Below, piece after piece: positions 1 to 11,224 of a DNA stretch of 56,759 nucleotides (positions are counted from its first letter, which is position 1; each line of letters begins with the position of its first letter). Made by a program: the position numbers and the translations under genes. This DNA comes from Trichinella spiralis (Eukaryota). The notes beneath the pieces are model-generated. The model was not told the DNA's origin, did no database searches, and saw nothing but the letters and a program-made list of their open reading frames with translations. The stretch spans positions 4,159,193 to 4,215,951 of the forward strand of contig NW_003526945.1 of NCBI RefSeq assembly GCF_000181795.1, given 5' to 3'.

Positions 1-37
1 ATTGAATATTTACATAAATAAATAAATAAAAACAAAC

Positions 38-853
38 CTGCTCCAAAAGCTATTGGAGGAAATTGAGACAATTGAAACAATTGCACTGGGTGAAATAATG
101 AATGAGTAGAAATTTTACGCATGACCACGTTGAGCAATGGTGAAGCCGATGAATAACAAAAGGCGATGTTGCCAGTTGTTCCAAGCTAAATCGCAAAGCT
201 AACGCGGCATGAAGAAGAAGAAGCAGAAAAGCATCCCAAGCGGCTGTGATATGCCAAACGATTGAAAAATGTTTAACTTTGCAGATAACATCGAGAAAAG
301 TGCACGTCGTGTGTGCAAGTTGAAGAAAATTGTGACCGACAAAATGGAGATGCAATCGATTTCCGGCCAAACGGAAAAGGGTCGTTGCTTTTCAAAAAAG
401 CTTCCACTTTCACATACAACAAACATCCCAACTCAAATCACCGACTGATCTATCAATAACAACACGGTGGTCGACAAAAATTCCAATATCCAACAATTCA
501 TTGCATACAACTTTACATAAACGACAGATATTTTTTTAAATAACCTAGGATATGTATGCTTCTGGGTCATCATTCGGATAGCTGAAGAAGCATGCTTTAT
601 CCGGAGGGGAAAAATCGAAAATCCGTCTTCGAAAGCAACCAACTGACAATGAAGCGGAAAGAAATAGAGGAAACGACAAAGTAGGGGAACAAGTCATCGA
701 ATTTGAAACCAATGCACAAATATTCGAATCAGTCGACGCGTCATTAGCCAAGTGTTCGGCTTTCGGCTAACCATTCGATAAGCGATCAAGCTCGTTCTCT
801 ATAGCATGCATTGAAAACCCAGCCCACGACCAGGGCGTCAGCTGTTCCACTTA
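38..853 (-). CDS. Possible internal or 5' exons of an unidentified minus-strand gene that continues off the left edge
   Basis: GC-elevated block ending at a clean donor on the minus strand (GCAG|gtttgt at 38/37). An open frame follows a tttag acceptor (LGTTGNIAFCYSSASPLLNVVMRKISTHSLFHPVQLFQLSQFPPIAFGA). Further minus-strand donors lie at ~1590 (caag|gtatgc) and ~1844 (aatg|gtaagt). No recognisable family, and no single consistent exon chain could be built. Confidence 0.3.
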
Positions 854-3789
854 CTGAACAACAATTAATCAAAAATACATTTTCTAAATTTTCTACGCAC
901 ATCCCATCACGTGAAATCATTTTATAAATTAAATTCAAAAAGAAATTCATGCTCATCCTTTCTTTCAAACTTGCTATCTTTTCACTTGAACGAATTTTCA
1001 TACATTTTACTGTACATATATGTACATATATTTTTTTCTCTCTCAATTCTATTCATTCTCCTATTCACACTTTGTTTCACATTAATTTAATACTTCACTG
1101 TATTCATTTAGTCTAATTCAATTACCACAGCAAACAAACAGTACAGTTTGTTCTCATTTAAATTAATTTCTGACAACAAGAAGCACAACATAGAAAATCT
1201 ATATACCCTTGAAGATTGTCATTTTTGAAAAAAGCCCTTTTCTGCCAGGAAAATATTGTAAAAATAAATGGTTTAACGAAACAAACTATACAACAAAAAA
1301 TTAACAGGCAACTTGACAAAACTGAAAAAAAAAGAGTAACCAGTTCATCAACCAAAAAAGTTAAAACAACTAATTTGCTTCATAAAAATTATAATAACAT
1401 CAATGGACTTATCAGGAACAACTTTTTTAAAATAACAATAACCAAACCAACAAACATGAAAACATTCAAACACTTAACTATCAATATGTAGTACAATATT
1501 ATCTTCAAAATAAAAAGCACTATTAATCAGTGAATTGCTCAGTGTGAATCTGTAAAAAAGTTGTGAAATAATACAAATTGTTTCGCATACCTTGAAAACT
1601 AAACATGAACTGCATTTAAAGAATCCTCAAAAAGAAATCATCCGCCTGTTTGCAAACATCTACAATGAACCGTTACGTTCGTAACTAGCGTATCAACAAG
1701 TGGACAGTTTTCGTAAGATATGTAAGACATACGCTTTTGCAACAAGCTAACAACAATTACAAGTGCCAGAGAAGTGCCAATTCTATAATTGTATTAAAAT
1801 GGCTGCCATGGTGTGCTTAAATGTGACGCTGAAGAATAACTTACCATTATTGCAATGAAAATATTAAGCATATCGTTATCATGTGAAGTTCACTCATTGA
1901 TTTGAACAAATTACAACCATAACTCATTAAGGAAATTTCTGCACATATCACGCAGTAAAATTTTCGATGAAATAAAGCAAAACCTCATAATACATTAATC
2001 AATAAAAGATCTTCAAGTAAACATAACTGAAATGTATTATTAATTAGCAAGCGGAAATGTTGTCCTTGTTTGTCATTCAATTAATTTGTCAAAAATTTGT
2101 TTTACGATATTCTTAAATTTCCGATTTTTTATAATTTACATTTAATAAGGCATATTGAAATTATTAACTGCGGATGAATGTCAACAAATTGCAATTTGCA
2201 TGTATGTTCGGTGCATGTCAAAGCAACATAAATTACGCTACGTTTATTTTTAATTTTTTTTTATTTCTAATAAATTTACATTCCCATGATTAGGTGAAAT
2301 AATGTCTAATATAATTTTTATCAAAATTGATTTCGTAAAGATTAACATAAATACAGTAAGAATATAAATTCAAGTACAAATCATATATCGCTTCGAGCGT
2401 AAGTATCAGACAAGTAAACAGCTTGCTAGCTAAATGGTTAATTAATGAAACGAAAAGATGTCCGAGCGCATATTTTGCAGAAATGTGCTGCCGAAACAAA
2501 TGAAATTTGTGTTAAATTAGGTTGTCTAATGCTCTTTACTAAATTTGTAAGCTTACATATCAGATGACATCTTATACCAGAAAGTGAATATTGAACAAAA
2601 TTTTTATATTGAAAAGATCTCTGTTTAGAAAAATAAGAATTGAAAGTGTATTAATCAGAAAATGGCAAATATAGGCAATGTTCATATAAATATAGCTGAA
2701 GCAATTTTGTTTTTCATGTTGAAAAGCAACGTGCATGTTCGTATTTCAAATGCAACAAAATAAGCATAAGAGTAATAAAAGAAAGTTGCAAATTATATTG
2801 AAAATATCAAATTGAATGAATTTTGTCACATTTGAAAGTTGATTTATCATCGTTTTCTATCATTTTACCAAGAAGCACTGTGTGAATTCAGCATAATTTC
2901 AAGCAGCATTCATTCAGCTATTGTGTATAGATTTTAAAGATACATTTGACAGTGTGTAATTTGTTTCAACTTTTATAAAAGATGATACGCATGATTGAAT
3001 AGCAGCAGGAAGAAAAATGTACTTGTTGCTTGTGCTGAAAATTCACAAGCTCAAAATGAAATCAACCTCAATGTTCTCAAAGTGAATTTGTATATACGAC
3101 AAATAAGCAGCGTTGGGAAAGTTGCAGTTCAATTTGAAATAAAGCATGTCATTTATTTTTAAAATTTCACTTTCGAGCCAACAGCCTTGCTCGAAGCTTT
3201 CGGTTTAGGTGGAATTTTAATTTTTTGATTAATGACCATTTTGGAATGAACCGTTTCAGTGGGAAGCTTTTAAAAATGACAACATCTGCTCACTCGCCAT
3301 TATCATCACGACGAGTCGAAAGCTTTCTTCGAGTTGTTGTTCTTATTTTTCTTATTAATCAGCTCACATTGTTGAAGCATAAGAATATTTTTAATTGACA
3401 GTCAGTTCACGGCATAATCAAGCGCCCGAAATGGATATTTTCACTTTCACTTCAATTGCACACTAACCATTCGTCTGGAGAATCAAATAATTTGCAAAAA
3501 AATTTCGCCTTTTGCTTTTTGTGAAACAAACGAAAAACATTCGAACAATTAATTCTTTCTCATCACTGATATGGAAAAATTGACAAAATTTGCATATGTA
3601 AAATAAACGATACAACATGACTAAGTGCCAAATATGGCAGTTGGTCAGTGAAATATTTTTTTAGAAAAAAATAAAATAAACATTTTCCACAACGTTCATC
3701 ATATCTATTTGAGAATGAAATTCAATTTTCCATAAGTTTTACTTTTTTCTTTTGTAGTAAAAATTGTCGGACAGCGACTTTGTTTACTT

Positions 3790-3875
3790 TAACCGGTCCG
3801 GAATATTTTTTCAAGTCGGTCCGCGTTGCGTGATTGGACAATTTTTCAAAATTTTGGCGCTCAATTGCGCCTTCT
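3790..3875. promoter_or_regulatory. Candidate cell-cycle (DREAM/E2F-CHR-NF-Y type) core promoter
   Basis: CpG-rich patch with an inverted CCAAT box (ATTGG 3833-3837), CHR-like TTCAAA/TTTGAA (3845-3850) and an E2F-like TTTGGCGC (3853-3860) directly adjacent. Confidence 0.4.
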
Positions 3876-6439
3876 AACTAGGTTAATTTTGAATTTTGAA
3901 TTTTTTTTTCAGCATCTTCAGGTTGTGCAAAAAGTTAGCAAATCTATTCTAATTCGGTAAGTAGTTTAGTCACCAACTGACAATTGACATGAATTAGCAA
4001 TTTCTAAAGGGAAAGCTATGTGCTTCTTTTTTTTTTAATATTAATTTGCATTATTTTGTTTCAATCTGGTAGGATATTTTGCTGTTGGCTTCAGTTTTGT
4101 TGTTACATTGATAAATTACAGCAGAATAATAGTAGTAGTAGTGATGCCAATAATCGTACAGTTAGATCGCAGGAAGGCTGTTAAATAAATCGAATCAAAA
4201 TTTGTCGAATCTCTTTTTCCTCAATGGTCGTGTAATAGTGACAAATAAAAATATTTAATAATTATCATTGAGCTTTTGCAAATATTTTCCACTTGATTTG
4301 AATCCATTTTGAAATCTGTCCAATTATTTTGCTTTCCAATTTTGGCTTCAGATAAAAATTAATTTCACATTATTCATAATTTGAAAAAAAAGTGACTGAG
4401 AGTGAAAAAATTGATTAATTATCAATAAAGAATGATGATTGTTGTTTATTCAACCTGTTGGAAGTCAGGGCACACCCAAAAGCAGTGCACAATTATTATT
4501 GATGATTAATTTTCGACAAAGCTTGACATGATGCGTCACAGAGATGCGTGCATAAATTTCCACGCGTACGACAAGTGGAACGTGATTTATTAAATTTACA
4601 CCCTACCGGACTCAATTTTTATATTCATCCAGTTTTTGAAAAATGTCCAATTTATAATAATAAGTGTAAATTGAACAGTTGATATTAAATCAGTCGAAAT
4701 GTGAAGTTTGGAGGAAAAAATATGAAATGGTTCGTTATATTTTGTATCATGTTCTTCTTTTTTTACGAATTAATTATTATGTAGTTTTAAATTTACTTTG
4801 TGGATTTGAAAAAAAAAAGTTTCAATTGTAATTTTAAAATTTCAGATTTTCTTATTCATGCGAGAATTAAGGAGAGAATTTTTGTTTTGTCATTGTTTGT
4901 CAAACAGGATTCGGCTTTGTTCTGTGCAACGTGTATATCTTCATTTCCATTTTCGAAAAGTCCTTTTCACTAATGTGGATATTTTAATATTTTTGTGGTG
5001 AAAAAAAGAAAGTCCGTTTTATTTTTCTCAAAACTTTACCCATTTCTAAATCGAGAGACAGAGAAAGATGAAAAATATTAACACCAAAGTAAACAATATT
5101 GAAATATTTGTCAAATTTCCATATGCAAATTTGTAATGTTGTCGAATAGTAGCGTGTGAGCGGAATTTTTCATCCACTTCAACCAGCCGAGAGCAAACAA
5201 CAAACAGTTCACATCATTGTTGAAATTGTATTTTCAAATTGTCAATTCTACTGGGCTGTCGAAAAGCAAACATCAGCAGCAGCAGCAGCAGCAACTGCTG
5301 TGCAGTTTATCTGTCAGTTGTAAATTTTTTCTTATTTCCATATTAATTATTAGATTTACTAAAAATGTCAGCAATAATTTGTATTTTTTTTTGATTATTT
5401 TTTACAATTGTTGTTGTTATTTTCAAGTTTATTCGTTGAAAAATGGAAAATGTTTGAAAAGTAAACGATTGTAATCAGTCAACAGCAATTGTTGCAATGG
5501 GAAAATTGTATACGAAGTGAAGGGGAAAATTTTTTTTTTATTCTGTTTTCTTATTCAAATGTTATTTTGAAAATTGTTCCCATCTTCACTGTCCCTGTAG
5601 TTTATTTGTTTGTTTGTTTGTTTGTTTGTTGATTATTGTACTGTAGTGGAATTTGATTATAACTGTGGAAAGTTGTCGATGGTGAAGGAAGAATAGCTTA
5701 TCGCATAGTCAAGACGCTTGACCGGCCAGGTATGCGGTTCACGGCCCGGCATGATCGATCAATTCGGTCGTCTTATCCAACGGACGATCGCATGGAATTG
5801 GTGGAACTGGTTGTGCGTCTGCGCGTTCAATTTGGAAATTCCAACAAATCGTAAGGCTCGAATCCAAGGCCGTCGACGGTCATGGGCAACGTCGAGTTTA
5901 TTTAAATTTCTACACAACTGTTGGAAAAGTTCCCATTTCGAGGTACGGTATATATTTAAAATAAAAATAAAAACAAACAACTGGGTCATTACGTTACTGT
6001 ATTCTGTCAACTTTTCTGCCGTTGATCGCCTATCGCGACTGTCACTTTTCATTCGAGTGGTGAATTTTTGTTTACAAACTCGACGACGGTTAGTAGAAAT
6101 TTTTCAGAAAAAACTCTGCTACTACTGTTTTGTATATATATTATTTATTTTGTTTTAATTCAAAAATAATTCCACTTTGATCTTCAAAAGTAAGTTATAA
6201 AAAGTGTTATTTTGTGTTTTTAAATAATCAACAATCAACCCTTTTCACATGTGGACGATAGATTTTAGATTTGGGATTCGTTGGATTTAAATTTATAAAA
6301 AAATTGTTTTTACTTTTTCCATATATATTATACAAAAATTGTTGTCAGTGTTTGTTTTTGCAATTTAAATTTGTAAACAATTTCTGTCATTTGATTTTGA
6401 TTTATTGACCACCATTCGATTATTATAAATGCCGACCGA

Positions 6440-6470
<31 letters not shown>

Positions 6471-6566
6471 GGTGTGGTGGAAAATTGTATAAATTGTATA
6501 TTTTTATCATTATTGGTGAGTTGACCTTTAGTTGAGTGAAATTTGACTCAAGTTTGAATGATGAAA

Positions 6567-6571
<5 letters not shown>

Positions 6572-6612
<41 letters not shown>

Positions 6613-6628
6613 TTATTTATTTATTTAT
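6572..6628. repeat. (AT)n followed by (ATTT)n microsatellite
   Basis: Directly visible. Confidence 0.95.
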
Positions 6629-7229
6629 TAATATTCAAATCCAATTTGATTTGTTTCACTTTTATTTGACAGCATCTCCAGTTGTCGGTGATTTTTCACC
6701 GCAGATTTATTTGACAGATTTCTATTCAACATTTTATGACGGCCATTTAGTGGCGATCGTTTTCAAATTATTACTTTCTTCTTCTTTTATTGTATTTCAA
6801 CGCTTTGTATCTGCGCGTTTCTGTGATGTTTCTAATCTACTAGTTGGATTGAAAAGTAAGCAAAACAAAAAATTTGGAAATATGGTGTAATTTCTGATTT
6901 TTTTGTTTTTTCATTTTCAGCTACTGTCAAATTTGAACTCTGCATAGTTGGTTGAAATTAATAATTTTGATGGTCATCGAGTGAAACTTTGCCACAGATA
7001 ATAACAGAGATGAACCGATATCCATTTGAAGATAAGTACGGATTCGATAGATAATAAAAATTGGGGGCCGCTGAATGGCGTCAACATCAATTTTTCAAAT
7101 GATAAAAATTGTGAAATTACAATTTCAGCTTCGGTATGTCTTACTGTCATTTTCTTAATTTATTTGAATTTTCTATTGTTTTTTTTTCTCCCCTTTCTTT
7201 TTGTTTCAAATAAATTTCTTCACTTGGTG

Positions 7230-7420
7230 GCGGAAAAATCCGGTTCGACGGACGTTCGGCTGAACTCGAACCTAGGCGCGGCCGGCTTTTTCCGTGCCGC
7301 GAACGGACCGGTTTCTGTGGCCAATCGACCAATCAGCATACGGCGACGTCGCGCTACGCAGCGCTTCGGCTAGTCGATGCCAGTTGGGCCCCAGTGTTCG
7401 TTGCGGTTCCATCACCGCTT
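7230..7420 (+). promoter_or_regulatory. Candidate promoter of pri-mir-9/79
   Basis: GC/CpG-rich island in an AT-rich background, with tandem CCAAT boxes (7321-7325, 7329-7333) and initiator-like CCAGT motifs, ~200 nt upstream of the miRNA hairpin. No credible ORF. Confidence 0.4.
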
Positions 7421-7568
7421 GACGTCTTTCTCCTCCTGCCGCTATTTTGTCCTGTATTTTTCGAGCTTCTTCAGCTTCAGCTTAAGCTTCTTCGTCAAAG
7501 TGGACATCAGCCCCAAATTGTTGATGCCGTCGCCTACGTGTGTGTGTATGTTGGCCGAGAATTCCAAA

Positions 7569-7652
7569 GGCGCTGTCTTTTTCTTTGGTTATCTAGCTGT
7601 ATGAGTGTACTGAGCGTCATAAAGCTAGGTTACCAAAGCTAAGAACAGCGCC
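7569..7652 (+). ncRNA. mir-9: mir-9/mir-79 precursor hairpin
   Basis: 5p arm TCTTTGGTTATCTAGCTGTATGA (7582-7604) is the canonical bilaterian miR-9-5p. 3p arm ATAAAGCTAGGTTACCAAAGCT (7619-7640) matches nematode miR-79-3p as I recall it. The arms pair across a ~14-nt loop and the stem extends (GGCGCTGTCTT / AAGAACAGCGCC). Confidence 0.97.
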
Positions 7653-10600
7653 AAATCGCTCCCATTTTCAACCACTTGATCCGAAAGCGAACTATTCAAA
7701 TTTCTTCTTCTCTACTCGATTTTACATTCTATTCATTCTGTTTCTTTTGTTGTTATTATTTTTTGAAAATTATCTTTGCCTTTGTTGATGATTGTATGTA
7801 TATTCGAATAAAAATATAATCTATTATTATTATTATTGTTTTGAAAATACACAGAAATTCTATTTGTTAATAATACAAAAGGGCAGTGTTGTAAAATGTA
7901 ATTTATCGGCCCTGTCTTCAACTTTTAATGTTTTCAAATATTTCAAATCTCACAAAAGATGTGATTATGCGGTATCCAACAACAGAAATGTAAACAAAAC
8001 AAAGGCACAATTCGAAAGACAGGCGCCCTTTGTTGATGCTTTCCGCTCATCGTAGCGTTTGTGGTTAGAGAGACGCGTTCGTTGTTCACTTCTGGGTCAG
8101 TGTTTGAAAAAAAAAACAATGTTCAAAAACAACCTCGTGAAGACATTTTTTTAGAAAAATAATTATTTTATATGAAAAATTAATAAATTATTGATTGAAT
8201 TTGAAATATATCGAAATGTGATCATCAACTTTTTTTAAAACAAAGTTCACATCGAGCAGAGAAGAACAGTATCGTCGTATTATGTAGAAGAAAAATAATT
8301 TTTTTTCTGATATTTTCTCAACAGTAGGCTTCTCATTGAGATTCTTTTTCTTTTTTAAATTTAAATTTATAAACAACAACAACAATTGAACGATGATCAT
8401 CTTTTGTTCACTGCTTCGATTCGCTTGTTTGTTATGCAAATTCACTCGGTCGATTATTCATTGTTCAAATTTCCATGACCGAACGAACAATCAAATCGTC
8501 CATTTACGTTTCAAAATTGATCAATTCAAAAATTTGCATACTGATTCACTTCTTTCATTCGTATGAACAGAATTGTCATTTCTTGAAGTGTTTTTTTTCT
8601 CTTCTACAAATTTCTGTTCAACTCAAAAAATATTTGCGCGCAGTCGACCGACCGATCATTGACAATATTTGAATTGAAACTTTCGATTGATTCATCATCA
8701 ATAATTAAAATTTTACAACAAATCGTTGCCGATCAATATTCAATAATTCCATTTTTGCGCTGATCAAAAAAAATCGTATTCGATCGTTTCAAAAGTTTCC
8801 ATCCCCAATTCGGAGACAATTTTTTACCGTCACAAAAAGAAAATTGTTAATTTGTTTACATACAAATGTGTTTACGATAATATTTTTGAAACATTCAACA
8901 TTTTGGAGACGTGTTGAAAGGAGTTGAACGAAAAAGGTCAACGTACATTGTTCGTTTGAATATGCAAATTTTCGAATGAATCTAATTGTTTCTTTTTTTT
9001 GATGAAAGAAAAAAAATAATATGATTGTGATGTATAAATTTCGTGACGGTCACCGATCCCCGTAATGTTGGATCAACCTCGTTGGACCGGTTGGGTGAGT
9101 TGCGTGGGCGAGCCGATGGCGAGTGGAATCGATTCACCATTGCACAGTGTTGTTCGACCATACCCGGTAAAGGGTATTTCCTCAAGCTTGTATCGCATCG
9201 AACATGGAGGAATTTTTCCTCTTTCTCTCACTTTTTTACCTTACCAGTACCAATGTGGTCGTTTGGTTGATCTGCATGGCCAAACAACAACCGTCGATGA
9301 ATAAATAAATAATTCGTCAAAGCATATTTTCCATTTCTATTCAATACTAATACAATAATAATTTGCATTGAAACGTTTTTCAAATTACACTTTAGAAAGA
9401 TTGCTCTGAAACAAATCTTCACTGCCACACGAATTTTCGTGACGATAATTTGAAATTCAAACAAAGCATTCGAATAAACCCGATTTCTTATACAATAATT
9501 TAAAATAATAAATCTTGAAAAGCAATTACGGTAACTAATTTTATGAAAACTATTTTTTACTTTATTCAAACGCTCGAAAAATAATAACAAATCTTTAGTA
9601 TAATATTTTTTAATTTTATTTTTATAATAATTCCAATTTCAGCTTTTCAATTTCAAGTATGTAGAATATGCAAATTTGTATTTTTTTTCTGAAAATGAAA
9701 TCACAATCAAGCACAACACGACCAAGAATTGTAATTTTTCTTAAAAGTTGATCGAAACTAATTTTGAAAAACATTCCCAGTCTATTTTTGAAAATGTCAA
9801 ATGGCTGACCAAATGAAATGAATTAAACCTGAGAATAATTAAACATAAAACAATGTTAAAAATAGATGTAACATTTTCGTGCGACGCGCCCAACGGAAAT
9901 TTCTCTTTTCCAGATATTGGACGCTAAAAATAAATCTGCACAACTGACAGTAATGCATGGCGACGTTGGTAAACATGATACGCGTGAAATGTCAAAAATT
10001 CAATCCTACATTGTTCAGCTTTTATCATATATAAGTTCAATGCATTGAACAACAGTTGCGTTCTCACGGCAAGATGCGAACCGAAACGTCACACGCTAGT
10101 GAACAGTTGGTTGCTTATGTTTTTCCCCTGAACATTCATCTGCTTCAGTAGTTGCTTCTTATTTATTTAAATGAACACTTGCTTTTATTGTTCGTCATGA
10201 AACATTGCAACTGATCGAAACTGTGATAACAATGATTTTCATTTTTTTCAAATTTTTCATTTGATATTTTCGTTGCAAACAACTTGATCTGATGTATTGA
10301 TGAATAGACGGTCGCTTTTTTCCATTTCGCTTGTTGAAATTTTTTCAAATATATAATAAAAGCAATTTAAACAATCCAAATAAACTATTCAACATTTACT
10401 ATTATAAATTTCCAAACTGTTTCAAAGTAAAGTAACGTTATCTTATTGTTTTTTTTTGTCTGGTTGTTATGGTGATGTCTATTGTTATGATAAACACTGT
10501 AAAATTATACAGTGATTAAAACATGATTATTTTTAGATATCTGAAACTTGAATTTTTCATCAACGACAAATTTTTTGCAACATCACTTCACAGTTTGTCC

Positions 10601-11224
10601 AAGAAAACGTTACTTTGCAGTTTGTTTTGTTTGGAATATTTTCTTGTTAATGTTGTAAATTTTAGAAATAAAACGATCTTCAACGTGCGATGCGATGTTT
10701 AATTAAAATTAATTAGACATTTTGAATGAATATTAAAATAATTTGTTTTTTAATCAAAAGACTGACCAATTGCAATGCACGCACGAGTGTGTTCAATTTT
10801 GAATGGAGAAATTTGATCATCAGCATAAAAGAAAATCATTTTGCCATACTTGTCCGCAGATTACTAAAGAGGACTAGCACTAGAATTGACTAGTCGCTTG
10901 AAGTGGATACTCTTTTAATGATCAGTAAAGATGTACCAGGAACCAATAAGAGATCGGTCAGTAAATCCAGTACCTCTCAGCCAACAGTATACGAACGTCA
11001 TATTGGAATCTTGTCATCGAACGTTCACTTGTAATTTGCGTTCTCACTTCCATTCGTATGCAAACGATATTTGCTGGTTTATTTGATCCAATTTAATACT
11101 GACCAGGGCTACAAAAAAATTGTAAAAGTTATTTGTCAAAATGAATTTCCATGGAAATAATATACAATAGAGACCGATCAATTATTATCCCTCATTTGCG
11201 TCACCCGAATCGTTTAATCTTAAA

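Noticed and set aside
199..642. Two minus-strand ORFs joined by an in-frame TGA (selenocysteine or readthrough?)
   Set aside because: No selenoprotein context or SECIS seen; part of the span looks intronic and chance is sufficient.
7470..7535. TGG GGC TGA TG on the minus strand resembling an antizyme +1 frameshift site
   Set aside because: The +1 frame stops after 8 codons and has no antizyme similarity.
3580..9680. Multiple ATGCAAAT octamer motifs around mir-9
   Set aside because: The motif is common throughout the window, including ordinary introns; no enrichment can be shown.
10060..10140. GGCAAGATG (miR-31/72-like seed) in a weak stem
   Set aside because: The match is limited to the seed and the stem is not pre-miRNA-like.
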